Source of the DNA: Mobula hypostoma
Taxonomy: Eukaryota
Assembly (NCBI RefSeq): GCF_963921235.1
Contig: NC_086100.1
Span: 200,200,001 to 200,264,000, forward strand
Reading direction: 5' to 3'
DNA: 64,000 nucleotides
Positions 1 to 11,944 of the stretch are shown piece after piece; position 1 is the first letter of the stretch; the number at the start of each line of letters is the position of its first letter. The notes under the pieces were generated by a model. It made no database searches and was not told where the DNA came from. It saw only the letters and a program-made list of their open reading frames with translations. Position numbers and translations under genes: made by a program.

Positions 1-1385
1 ATGCAGATAGATCGAGAAAATCAGGTTGATGCAGCATCCCAAGAGAGGGAATTTCTAGAGTACATATGAGATGACATTTTAGCCAACTCATAGTTGATCC
101 CATGATGTGATCAGCTATTCTGGATTGGGTGTTGTGCAATGAACTGTAATTGGTTTGAGAGATTCACGTAAAGGAACCCTCAGGGGCCGGTGATCATATT
201 ATGATAGAATTCATCTTGCATTTTGAGAAGGAGAAGCTCATGTCAGATGTATCAGTATTATTGTGGAGTAAAGAGAATTACAGTGGCATGAGAGAGGAGC
301 TGGCCAAAATTGATTGGAAAGGAACACTGGCAGGGATGATGGCAGAGCAGCAGTTTCTGGAATTTTTGGGAGCAATTTGGAAGGTGCAGGATTCCTTCCC
401 AAAGAGGAAGAAGTATGCTAAAGGCAGGATGATATTGCTGTGACCAACAAGAGAAGTCAAACCCAAGAATTAGTGGGAAGTTAGAGGACTGGAAAATGCT
501 TTAAAACCAACAGAATGAAACTAAAAATAGTCATAAAGAAGGAAAACACGGAAGATGAAAATAAGCTAGCAATAATTTTAAAGAGGATACCAAAACTTTC
601 TTCAAATACATAAAGTGTAACAGAGAGGTGAGAGTCGACATCTGATTACTGGAAAATGATGCTGGGGTGGTGGGGGGGGGTGGGGTGGGTGATGAACAAG
701 AAAATGATGAATGAACTGAAGAAGTATTCTGCAGCTGTCTTCACTGTGGAAGACACTAGCAGTATGCTGGAAGTTTGAGTGTGTCGGGGGCAGAAGTGTG
801 TGATGTTGCTATTATTAGAGAGAAGGTTCTTGGGAAACAGTAAAGTCTGAAGGTAGATAAGTCACCAGGACCAGATACCATACGCCTCAGGGTTCTTAAA
901 GAGGTGACTGAAGAGACTGTGGAGGCATTGGGAGTGAAATTTCAAGAATCAATTGCTTCTCGCATGCTTCCAGAGGAATGGAACATTGCAAGGATCACTC
1001 CATTCTTCAAGAAGGGAGCAAGGCAGAAAAAGGAAATTATAGGCCAGTTAGTCTGACCTCAGTGATTGTGAAGATGTAGCAGTTGTTTGTTAAGGATGTG
1101 GTTTTGGGGTACTTGAAAGCACATGATACAATGGGCCACAGTTAGCATGGGAAAGTCTTGCCTGACAAATCTGCTGGAATTGTTTGCCACAAATGGCTGT
1201 GGAGGTCAAGTCATTGAGAATATTTAAAGTGGAGATTGAAAAGTTCTTGATTAGTCAGGGCATGAACAGTTACGTGAAGAAGGCAGGAGAATGAGTTTGA
1301 CAGGGTTAATAAATTAGCAATGATGGTTGATCAGACTCAATGGGCTGAATGGCCTAATTGAGCTGGTCTGTCTGAAGGTCTTGTG
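1..1385 (+). mobile_element. Degraded CR1 LINE (end of endonuclease, linker, start of RT, deletion, 3' end)
   Basis: ORF 201-443 (LAKIDWKGTL) and GNYRPVSLTSV-like sequence at about 1030-1070 match CR1 ORF2; CR1 3' end (GGGCTGAATGGCCTAA) at about 1342; many stops. Confidence 0.8.
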
Positions 1386-1780
1386 GTGTTTACACACACC
1401 AGTCCTTACTGAGGGATCAGCATTGGAAAGGGTGAGGTTCCTGGCTGTCAACGTCTCAGAGGATTTACCCTTGGCCTAACATATTGATGCAACTATGAGG
1501 AAAGCACGTTAATGACTATATTTCATTAGGAGTTTGAGGAGACTTGTTTGTCTCCAAAGACTCTATCAAATTTCTACAGATGTCTTAAAAAGGAAGCATC
1601 CACCATTAAGGACCCTCACCATCTGGGACGAGTCCTCTTCTCATTGCTTCCTCAGGGAGGGGGTTCGGGAGCCTGAAGACCCACACGCAATGTTTTAGGA
1701 AAAGATTCTTCCCCTCTGCTATCAGAGTTCTGAATGGTCCATGAACCCACAAACATAACATCACTATCTTGCTCTTGGAA
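1386..1780 (+). mobile_element. Degraded Rex1/Babar-like LINE 3' fragment
   Basis: Similar to the Rex1-like ORF at 10580-10927 (LYFIRSLRR..., HPGxxLFSLLPxGR..., xFFPSAIR). Confidence 0.6.
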
Positions 1781-2119
1781 GATAGTCAACCAATTCATAA
1801 TTGGCTTGCTGAATCATTGAGTGTGGGTCTTTCCTGTACCTCCTCCCTGACAGAAAGAATGAGATGCATACAGGGCTAGTCTAGAAGATAAGGTTTGAGA
1901 GATCCAAGGGAGGCTAGTCAACTAATAATTGGTTTGATGGGAAGAAGCAAAGGGTGAGGATTGAAGCCAGAGGAAGGTGTTTCTTGGACAGGAGACCTGT
2001 GATGAGTGGTGTATCACAAGGATTACTACTGGGACCTTTGTTGTTCATTATTTGTAGAAACAATTTTACCATAGGACCATAAGACACAAGAAACGCTGTT
2101 TCCCTAACTATTTTTTTTT

Positions 2120-2330
2120 GACCATCTGGGGCTGTTAGCCCTGAGCTGAACTCCCAAGCCTGGAGGACCGTGGATCACTCTTAGTCTGGTCTCCCTTTGA
2201 CCTGTTTGGCAGGGATGACCCTACCAAGAGCCAAAGCACAAGACCCTGACTCCAGGAAACATAGCTATCTGGGTCATTGAGGCAGGAAAGCCTCCAACCC
2301 TACGACAAGGTTCTGGTCCTCTTGGAGGAG
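2120..2330 (-). mobile_element. RTE-clade LINE 5' UTR-like fragment
   Basis: Minus strand reads CCTTGTCGTAGG...CCTCAATGACC...AGCTATG...GGTAGGGTCATCCC...CAAACAGGTCAAAGG...CCAGACTAAGAG, resembling RTE/Rex3/BovB 5' ends as I recall them (not database-checked). Confidence 0.5.
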
Positions 2331-2354
2331 CTGGATGAAATTCCGACAGTATTC

Positions 2355-2590
2355 TGTAAGGACTCACTCTATGTCCTCACTGTGGAATGTGTTAGTTTCC
2401 TCCAGGTGCTCCCATTTCCTCCCATAGTCCAAAGATGCACCGGGCAGGGCACTTGGTCATTATAAATTGTCCTCTGATGAGGTTAGGGATTAATTGGGTG
2501 TTTGTCGGGTATTACTAGGATGACGAGGTAGGATGTGCTGGAAGGGCTTCTTCCGCACTTTATATCAAAATAAATAAATAAAATAATCAA
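2355..2590 (+). mobile_element. HE1/V-SINE-like fragment
   Basis: GGTGCTCCCATTTCCTCCCATAGTCCAAAGATG V-domain-like core and (AAAT)n tail; inverted paralogue at about 33785-33990. Confidence 0.55.
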
Positions 2591-2641
2591 GAATCTATCA
2601 ACCTCCAGGCAAAATCAAATCAAATCAAATTTAATTAACAT

Positions 2642-2817
2642 CTGGGGGAGAGACGTGGGACAGACCATTGCATATTTAGAGCCCACCTACCTTGTCGAGA
2701 CCATTGGAAGAGCTGGAGGTGATGTCACCATTCAGGAAGTGATGTGTGTCAGTGGAAACAGCTGATTGGTGAGCAGCAAGGGTGGGCTGTTCACTGAAAT
2801 AAAGATAAAGGCAGGGA
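2642..2817 (-). promoter_or_regulatory. 176-bp non-TE motif block (2x CCAAT, ETS GGAAGT, CRE-like TGACATCA, E-box CAGCTG, TAAATA), copy 1
   Basis: Reverse complement of 33451-33626 with one mismatch by manual alignment; dense promoter-type motifs; no TE similarity recognised. Confidence 0.4.
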
Positions 2818-2829
2818 AGGTTTCATTCT

Positions 2830-4620
2830 CTCCATTACGTTCAGTGCCACACACTCCTGAGTATCAGAGAACAGGAGGATAGAAACATAGAAAATAGAAA
2901 CATAGAAAATAGGTGCAGGAGTAGGCCATTCGGCCCTTCGAGCCTGCACCGCCATTCAGTATGATCATGGCTGATCATCCAACTCTGAACCCTGCACCAG
3001 CCTTCCCTCCATACCCCCTGATCCCTTTAGCCACAAGGGCCATGTACGTCAGATGAACACAGCTGGTGATGGTACAGGAGAGAGGGGTTTAGGTTTCTGC
3101 ATCATTGAGAAAGTTTTTGGAGCAATGTGGGACCTTTACAAGCTGGATCATTTGTGCGCAATCCAGGATGGAGTCCATATCCCTACAGGGAGTTTACTGG
3201 TGCTGTTGGGGTGGGTTTAAGCTTATCTGACAGGGTGGGGGAACACAGAGACTATGACTGGTAGGGGAGATGACACTGTCAAATATAGAAAGAAAATGAG
3301 GTCACTGGGATAATGGACAGATCCTGTGGCTCAGGAGTTAGTACAGGAGGGAGTGTGTATGAATTTCCTGATCTTTGGGCTGTCTTCCAAGGAAGGTGTG
3401 TTTGCACCTGAACTGGCGGGGGACCATTATCCCAGTGAGAGGGTTTGCCTGTGCTGCTCTGGAGAGGGGAGGGGGATTAAACTAGAGTTGCAGGGGTTGG
3501 GAACCAGAGTGCCAGGGCGGATAGTGGAGTCATTGTGAGAGAAGATGTTATCAAGCCTACATGCAAAGACAGGAACCAAAATGTTGAGCACAGTGTGAGT
3601 AATGTTGTGAATTGTGATTATTTCAATGCAAGGATTATTGTAGGAAAGGTGGATGAGTTTAGGACATGGATCAGCATATGGAATTAGGACGTTGTTGCCA
3701 TGAGTGAAACTTTATTCCTGGAGGGGTAGGACTGGCAGTTCAGTATTCTGGGGTTCTGTTGTTTTAGACATGATAGAGAGGCATTAAAGTGGGAGGGATG
3801 GCATTGCTAGTCAGAGAAAATCAGACAGTGCTCTGACAGGACAGACTGGAGTGCTCGTCTACTGAGTCTATTTGTCTGCAACTGAGGAATAGGGAAGGCT
3901 GAGCACCTTCCTGAGATTATATTTGTAGGCCTCCCTATTGTCAGCAGGATTTAGAGGGACAAATTTGTAGAAAGATAACAGACTTTTGCAAGAAGAATAA
4001 GGTTGCGTTCGGTGATTTTAACTTCACACATATTGACTGAGCCTATACTATAAAAGGATTGAATGGCATAGAGATTGTTAAATGTGTTCAGGAAAGTTTC
4101 CTTAATAAATATGTAGAGTTCTGAGCTACAGAGGGTGTGATACTGGATTTTCTATTCAGCAACAGGAACAAGTACAAGTTCGAATTTAGTTGTCATTCAA
4201 CCATACATGAAAACCCATAAATGCAGCCAAATAAAACAGCGTTACACCAGCACCTAGGTGTAAAACACATCGTCACACTCAGTAAAATACTGTCACACAA
4301 AAAAATATTGTCCAAGACCCTGAATCCATGAATATTGCAGCAGTCTGCACTCAAACTTAATACAGCTTGTCTTCTACCAACCAAACATTGGGACAGCATT
4401 GACTCCAGCTTGGACATCATGCCACACCGCCTCCGAATCAGCGCATCAACTCCGACGCCTCTCCCCTGAGTGGTTATAAACAGGCAACACCGCGGCTTGA
4501 GGCCCAGTCCTTGCTACAACCGAGGCCACGCTGCTCCCCCATGCAGGTCATAGAAGTGAGTGTATGGGGTCACTTTGGATCTGGTGCTCATAATTCCAAT
4601 AGTTTCAAGTTAATTATGCA
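2830..4620 (+). mobile_element. Composite of degraded CR1 ORF1 (SGNH/esterase-like end) and ORF2 endonuclease fragments
   Basis: YFNARIIVGKVDEFRTWIS-like, GDFNF-like and KCVQESFLNKYV-like segments; interrupted by insertions at 2880-3042 and about 4170-4542. Confidence 0.65.
2880..3042 (-). mobile_element. Young CR1 (family A) 3'-end-only insertion
   Basis: Reverse complement of 6632-6780 and 40715-40873, with a (CATAGAAA)n tail. Confidence 0.9.
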
Positions 4621-4851
4621 AATCGCTTTATGTTGTGTACTTGGATTTTCAGAAGGCTTTTAACAAGGTGCCACATGAGGCTGCTTTACAAGCTATGAGC
4701 CATGGTGTTATGGAAAGATTCTAGCATGGATAAAGCAGTGGATGATTGGCAGGAGGCAAGAGTGGGAATGCAGGGAGCCTTTTCTGTTTGGCTACTGGAG
4801 ACTGGTGGTGTTTCACAGGGGTCTGTGTTGGGACCAATTCTTTTTATGTTA

Positions 4852-7800
4852 TTGTAAAAATTGGAGGAGATGGCAGTTGAATGCGTGGCTGAGGAGTTGG
4901 TGCAGGGAGCAGGGTTTTAGATTTTTAGATCATTGGGATCTCTTCTGGGAGAGGTGGGACCTGTACAGATTGGATGGGTTGCACCTGAACTCGAGGGAGA
5001 GCAATATCGTTGCAGGTAGGTTTGCTAGCGTGGTTTGGGAGGGTTTAAACTAATTTGCAAGGGGGATGGGACCCAGAGCGATAGAGCAGTGAAAGAAGTG
5101 CATGGGGTAAAGCCAGATCTAACATACAGAGAGGCTTTGAGGAAAGAGAAGCAGAATAAACGGTGTAAAGACAGTAAGGTAGAAGGGCTGAAATGTGTGT
5201 ACCTCAATGCAAGAAGCATCAGGAACAAAGGTGATGAACTGAGAGCTTGGATACATACATGGAATTATGTTGTAGTGGCCATTACAGAGACTTGGCTGGC
5301 ACCAGTGCAGGAATGGATTCTCAATATTCCTGGATTTCAGTGCTGTAAAAGGGATAGAGAGGGCGGAAAAAGGGGAGGAGGGGTGGCATTACTGGTCAGG
5401 GATACTATTACAGCTACAGAAAGAGTGGATAATGCAGCAGGATCCTCTTTTGAGTCAATATGGGTGGAAGTCAGGAACAGAAAGGGAGCAGTTACTCTCT
5501 TGGGGGTATTCATGTCTGACAAATCTCATAGAATTTTTTGAGGATGTAACTAGTCGAGTGGATAGGGGAGAACCAGTGGATGTGGTATATTTGGATTTTC
5601 AAAAGGCTTTTGACAAGGTCCCACACAGGAGATTAGTGTGCAAACTTAAAGCACACGGTATTGGGGGTAAGGTATTGATGTGGATAGAGAATTGGTTAGC
5701 AGACAGGAAGCAAATAGTGGGAATAAACGGGACCATTTCAGAATGGCAGGCAGTGACTAGTGGGGTACCGCAAGGCTCAGTGCTGGGACCCCAGTTGTTT
5801 ACAATGTATATTAATGACTTGGATGAGGGAATTAAAGGCAGCATCTCCAAGTTTGCGGATGACACGAAGCTGGGCGGCAGTGTTAGCTGTGAGGAGGTTG
5901 CTAAGAGGATGCAGGGTGACTTGGATAGGTTGGGTGAGTGGGAAAATTCATGGCAGATGCAATTTAATGTGGATAAATGTGAAGTTATCCACTTTGGTGG
6001 CAAAAATAGGAAAACAGATTAGTACTTGAATGGTGGCCGATTAGGAAAAGGGGAGATGCAATGAGACCTGGGTGTCATTATACACCAGTCATTGAAAGTG
6101 GGCATGCAGGTACAGCAGGCGGTGAAAAAGGCAAATGGTATGCTGGCATTTATAGCAAGAGGATTCGAGTACTGGAGCAGGGAGGTACTACTGCAGTCGT
6201 ACAAGGCCTTGGTGAGACCACACCTGGAGTATTGTATGCAGTTTTGGTCCCCTAATCTGAGGAAAGACATCCTTGCCATACAGGGAGTACAAAGAAGGTT
6301 CACCAGATTGATTCCTGGGATGGCAGGACTTTCATATGAAGAAAGACTAGATGAACTAGGCTTGTACTCGTTGGAATTTAGAAGATTGAGGGAGGATCTG
6401 ATTGAAACATATAAAATCCTAAAGGGATTGGACAGGCTAGATGCAGGAAAATTGTTCCCGATGTTGGGGAAGTCCAGAACGAGGGGTCACAGTTTGAGGA
6501 TAAAGGGGAAGCCTTTTAGGACTGAGATTAGGAAAAACTTCTTCACACAGAGGGTGGTGAATCTGTGGAATTCTCTGCCACAGGAAACAGTTGAGGCCAG
6601 TTCATTGGCTATATTTAAGAGGGAGTTAGATATGGCCCTTGTGGCTAAAGGGATCAGGGGGTATGGAGGGAAGGCTGGTGCAGGGTTCAGAGTTGGATGA
6701 TCAGCCATGATCATACTGAATGGCGGTGCAGTTTCAAAGGGCCGAATGGCCTACTCCTGCACCTATTTTCTATGTTTTCTATTCTATAGGCCCCCTGGTA
6801 GCAGCAGAGATACAGAGGAGCAGATTGGGAGTCAGATTTTGGAAAGGTGCAAAAATAACAGGGTTGTTATCATGGGTAACTTTAACTTCCCTAATATTGA
6901 TTGGCACCTGATTAGTTCCAAGGGTTTAGATGGGGCAGAGTTTGTTAAGTGTGTCCAGGATGGATTCCTGTCACAGTATGTTGACAGGCCGACGAGGGGG
7001 AATGCCATACTAGATCTAGTACTAGGTAATGAACCGGGTCAGGTCACAGATCTCTCAGTTGGTGAGCATCTGGGGGACAGTGACCACCGCTCCCTGGCCT
7101 TTAGCATTATCATGGAAAAGGATAGAATCAGAGAGGGCAGGAACATTTTAAATTGGGGAAAGGCAAATTATGAGGCTATAAGGCTAGAACTTGCGAGTGT
7201 GAATTGGGATGATGTTTTTGCAGGGAAATGTACTATGGACATGTGGTCGACGTTTAGAGATCTCTTGCGGGATGTTAGGGATAAACTTGTCGCAGTGAGG
7301 AAGATAAAGAATGGTAGGGTGAAGGAACTATGGGTGACAAGTGAGGTGGAAAATCTAGTCAAGAGGAAGAAGGCAGCATACATGAGGTTTAGGAAGCAAG
7401 GATCAGATGGGTCTATTGAGGAATATAGGGAAGCAAGAAAGGAGCTTAAGAAAGGGCTGAGAAGAGCAAGAAGGGGACATGAGAAGGCCTTGGCGACTAG
7501 GGTAAAGGAAAACCCCAAGGCATTCTTCAATTATGTGAAGAAAAAAGGATGACAGGAGTGAAGGTAGGACCGATTAGAGGTAAAGGTGGGAAGATGTGCC
7601 TGGAGGCTGTGGAAGTGAGCGAGGTCCTCAATGAATACTTCTCTTTGGTATTCACCAATGAGAGGGAACTTGATGATGGTGAGGACATTATGAGTGAGGT
7701 TGATGTTCTGGAGCATGTTGATATTAAGGGAGAGGAGTTGTTAGGTTGTTAAAATACATTAGGACAGATAAGTCACCAGGGCCTGACGGGATATTCCCCA

Positions 7801-9280
7801 GGCTACTCCACGAGGTGAGGGAAGAGATTGCTGAGTCTAGCTAGGATCTTTATCTCCTCGTTGTCCACGGGAATGGTACCGGAGGATTAGAGGGAGGCGA
7901 ATGTTGTCCCCTTGTTCAAAAAAGGTAGTAGGGATAGTCTAGGTAATTATAGGCCAATGAGCCTTACATCTGTGGTGGGAAAGCTGTTGAAAAAGATTCT
8001 CAGAGATAGGATCTATGGGCATTTAGAGAATCATGATTTGATCAGGGACAGTCAGCATGGCTTTGTGAAGGGCAGATCGTGGAGTTCTTTGAGGAGGTGA
8101 CCAGGCATATAGATGAGGGTAGTGCAGTGGATGTGATCTATATGGATTTTAGTAAGGCATTTGACAAGGTTCCACACAGTAGGCTTATTCAGAAAGTTAG
8201 AAGGCATGGGATCCAGGGAAGTTTGGCCAGGTGGATTCAGAATTGGCTTGCCTGCAGAAGGCAGAGGGTGGTGGTGGAGGGAGTACATTCATATTGGAGG
8301 GTTGTGACTAGTGGTGTCCCACAAGGATCTGTTCTGGGACCTCTACTTTTCGTGATTTTTATTAACCACCTGGATGTGGATGTAGAAGGGTGGGTTGGCA
8401 AGTTTGCAGATGACACAAAGGTTGGTGGTGTTGTAGATAGTGTAGAGGATTGTCGAAGATTGCAGAGAGACATTGATAGGATGCAGAAGTGGGCTGAGAA
8501 GTGGCAGCTGGAGTTCAACCCGGAGAAGTGTGAGGTGGTACACTTTGGAAGGACAAACTCCAAGGCAGAGTACAAAGTAAATGGCAGGATACTTGGTAGT
8601 GTGGAGGAGCAGAGGGACCTGGGGGTACATGTCCACAGTTCCCTGAAAGTTGCCTCACAGATGGATAGGGTAGTTAAGAAAGCTTATGGTGTTAGCTTTC
8701 ATAAGTCGATGGATAGAATTTAAGAGTCGCGATGTAATGATGCAGCTCTATAAAACTCTGGTTAGGCCACAGTTGGAGTACTGTGTCCAATACTGGTCAT
8801 CCTTCCTATAGGAAGGATGTGGAAAAATTGGAAAGAGTATAGAGGAGATTTACCAGGATGCTGCCTGGTTTAGAGAGTATGCATTATGATCAGAGATTAA
8901 GGGAGCTAGGGCTTTACTCTTTGGAGAGAAGGAGGATGAGAGGAGACATGATAGAGGTGTACAAGATAATAAGAGGAATAGATAGAGTGGATAGTCAGCA
9001 TCTCTTCCCCAGGGCACCACTGCTCAATACAAGAGGACATGGCTTTAAGGTAAGGGGTGGGAAGTTCAAGTGGGATATTAGAGGAAGGTTTTTTTACTCA
9101 GAGAGTGGTTGGTGCGTGGAATGCACTGCCTGAGTCAGTGGTGGAGGCAGATACACTAGTGAAATTTAAGAGACTACTAGACAGGTATATGGAGGAATCT
9201 AAGATGGGGGGTTATATGGGAGGCAGGGTCTGAGGGTCGGCACAACATTGTGCTGTTCTATTCTATGTTCTATATTCTAT
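4852..9280 (+). mobile_element. CR1 LINE (family B): ORF1 C-terminus plus disrupted ORF2 and 3' tail, inserted in an older CR1 RT (4625-4851 / 9281-9695)
   Basis: DGLHLN (SGNH), YLNARSI/AITETWL, GNFNFP, LDLVLGN/SDH (APE endonuclease), YMDFSKAFD, GVPQGSVLGP, FADD; TTCTATG-type tail near 9256-9280; several frameshifts. Confidence 0.9.
5511..6780 (+). mobile_element. 5'-truncated young CR1 (family A) nested in the family B endonuclease
   Basis: Host GGGGTATTC|TATAGGCCCCC is split (uninterrupted at 62561-62582); RT motifs YLDFQKAFD, PQG, FADD; premature stops near 6020 and 6062; TTTCTATG tail. Confidence 0.92.
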
Positions 9281-9696
9281 TTTATATGACAATGATGTGG
9301 ATGATGGGATTGATGGCTTTTTTTTACACAGGTTGCAGACAATATGAAGATAGATGGAGAGGCAGGTTATTTTAAGGAAGTGCATGACAGAAGGACAGAT
9401 GGATTAGGAGAATGGGTAGATGGAATACAGCATTGGGAAGTGTAGGTTCATGCCCTTTGGTAAGGGTGGAAAGGGTTGACTATTTTCGAGATGGAGAATA
9501 TACAGAAAAATGGTGAGTAAAGGTCCTTGTGCAGGATTGCCGAAAGGTTAATTTTCAGATTGAGTCAGTGGTGAGGAAGGCAAATGCAATGTTGGCATTC
9601 ATGTCAAGAGACTAGAATATAAACGCAAGGATATAATCTTGAGACTTAATAAAACATTGATGAGGGCTCACTTGGAGAATTATGAGCAGTTTAGCT

Positions 9697-10300
9697 TAGA
9701 AACATAGAAAATCTACAGCACATTACAGGATCTTCGGCCCACAATGTTGTGCTGATCATGTAACCTACTCTGGAAACTGCCTAGAATTTCCCTACCACCA
9801 TTGGCCTCTATTTTTCGAAGCTCCATATTCTTATCTAAGAGTCTCTTGCAAGATCCTATTGTATCTGCCTCTAGCACCTTTGCTGGCAGTGCATTCCACA
9901 TCCGCACCACTCTGTGTGGAAAAACCTACCTCTGACACCCACCTCGTACCTACTTAAAAGCACCTTGAAACTATGCCCCCTCATGTTAGCCATTTCAACC
10001 CTGGAAAAAAGCCTCTGACTATCCACACGATCAATGCCTCTCATCATCTTGTACACCTCTATCAGGTCACCTCTCACCGTCCGTTGTTCCAAGGAGAAAA
10101 GGCCGAATTCACTCAACCATTTCTCATAAGGCATGCTCCCCAATCCAGGCAACGTCCTTGTAAATCTCCTCTGCACCGTCTCTATAATTTACACATCCTT
10201 CCTGTAGTGAGGCGACCAGAACTGAGCACAGTACTCCAAGTGGGGTCTGACCAGGGTCTTATATAGCTGTAATATTACCTCTTGAACTAAATCCCACAGT
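9697..10300 (-). mobile_element. CR1 3' fragment
   Basis: Minus ORFs with [24 protein letters not shown] and RGDLIEVYKMM; AGAAACATAGAAA tail. Confidence 0.88.
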
Positions 10301-10309
10301 TGATGAAGG

Positions 10310-11245
10310 CTCAGTGTTGCATCTCGGTGGAATGAGTCTCTGGCTGAATGTACTCCTGTGCCTACCCAGTCAATTATGTAGTGGATGGGAGACATTGTCC
10401 AAGATGGCATGCAACTTGGACAGCATCCTCTTTTCAGACACCACCGTGAGAGAGTCCAGTTCCATCCCCACAATGGAGAGAGTGAGCAGTTTCAAGTTCC
10501 TGGGTGTCAAGATCTCTAAGGACCCTACCTGGTCCCAACTATAAAGAAGGCAAAACAGCAACTATACTTCATTAGGAATTTGAAGAGGTTTGGTATGTCA
10601 ACAAAAACACTCAAAAACCTCGAAAAATGTACCGTGGAGAGCATTCTGACAGGTTGCATCACTGTCTGGTATGGAGGGGCTACTGCACAGGACCGAAAGA
10701 AGCTGCAAAGGATTGTAAATTTAGTCAGCTCCATCTTGGGCACTAGCCTACAAAGTACCCAGGACATCTTCAAGAAGCGGTGTCTCAGAAAGGCAGAGTT
10801 CATATTAAGGGAATTACCCCGCCGAGGCCATGCCCTTTTCTCATTGTTACCCTCAGGCAGGAGGTACAGAAGCCTGAAGACACACACTCAGCGATTCAGG
10901 AACAGCTTCTTCCCCTCTGTCATCTGATTCCTAAATGGACATTGAACCTGTGAACACGACCTCACTTTTTTAATATATATTTCTAAGGTAAGGACATGTT
11001 CGGCACAGCTTTCTGGACCAAAGTGCTTGTATTGTGCTGTACATTTTCTATGTTTCTATTTCTATTTCTTGATGATTTTTCATCTATTCAATATACTTGT
11101 ACTGTAGTTAATTTACTTATTTATAATTTTTAATTTGAATTTATTTTTTTCTCTTCTATATTATTTATTGCATTGAACTTCTGCTGCTACGTTAACAAAT
11201 TTCACAACACATGCCGTTGATAATAAACCTGATTCTGATTCTGAT
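10310..11245. mobile_element. Rex1/Babar-like LINE 3' fragments (10310-10470 minus; 10472-11245 plus, with a small CR1 tail inserted at about 10981-11070)
   Basis: ORF 10580-10927 ESILTGCITVWYGG...HALFSLLPSGRRYRS...RNSFFPSVI; FKFLGV; AATAAA followed by (CTGATT)n tail. Confidence 0.8.
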
Positions 11246-11249
11246 TTTG

Positions 11250-11933
11250 GACTTAGATTTAGATTATGAGAACACTCAGTCCTCTTTTATTGTCATTTAG
11301 AAATGCATACATGCATTATGAAATGATACAATGTTTCTCCGGAGTGCTATCACAGAAAACAGGACAGACCAAAGACTAACACTGACAGAACCACATAATT
11401 ATAACATATAGTTACAGCGGTGCAAAGCAATACCATAATTTGATGAAGAACAAACCATGGGCACGGTTAAAAAAAAGTCTCAAAGTCCCCGAGTCGATCG
11501 ACTCCCGAGACCCGGATAGCAGGCGACAAAAGGGAGAAACTCCCTGCCATAAACCTCCAGACACTGTCAACTTGCCGATGCCTTGGAAGCAGCTGACACT
11601 GAGTCCGTCCATCTGAAACTTCGAACCTCTGACCAGCCCCTCCAATACAGCCTCCCGAGCGCCATCCTCTGCCGAGCGCCTTCAACCTAGCCCCAGCCAT
11701 TGAAACAAGCAAAGTCAAGGATTTTGGGGCCTTCTGCTCCAGAGATTCCGGTTACCGTACAGTAGCTGCGGCAGCGAAGCGGGCATTTCAGAAGTTTTCT
11801 AGTTGTTCCTCCGTACTCTCACGTCTGTCTCCACCAAATCAGAATTGTGCACGGTCCCTTACTTGACAGATTACAGGTATCATCCACCGGAGAGGCCGCG
11901 CGCATTGTCATCGCGTCGCCATCTTCTCCTCCC
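11250..11933 (-). mobile_element. Short non-autonomous retroposon (SINE-like or LINE derivative)
   Basis: Minus strand begins GGGGAGGAGAAGATGGCGACG (GC-rich, YY1-like head) and ends with AATAAA and a short repeat tail; flanked by CTGATTCTGA; no coding capacity. Confidence 0.5.
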
Positions 11934-11944
11934 CTGATTCTGAC

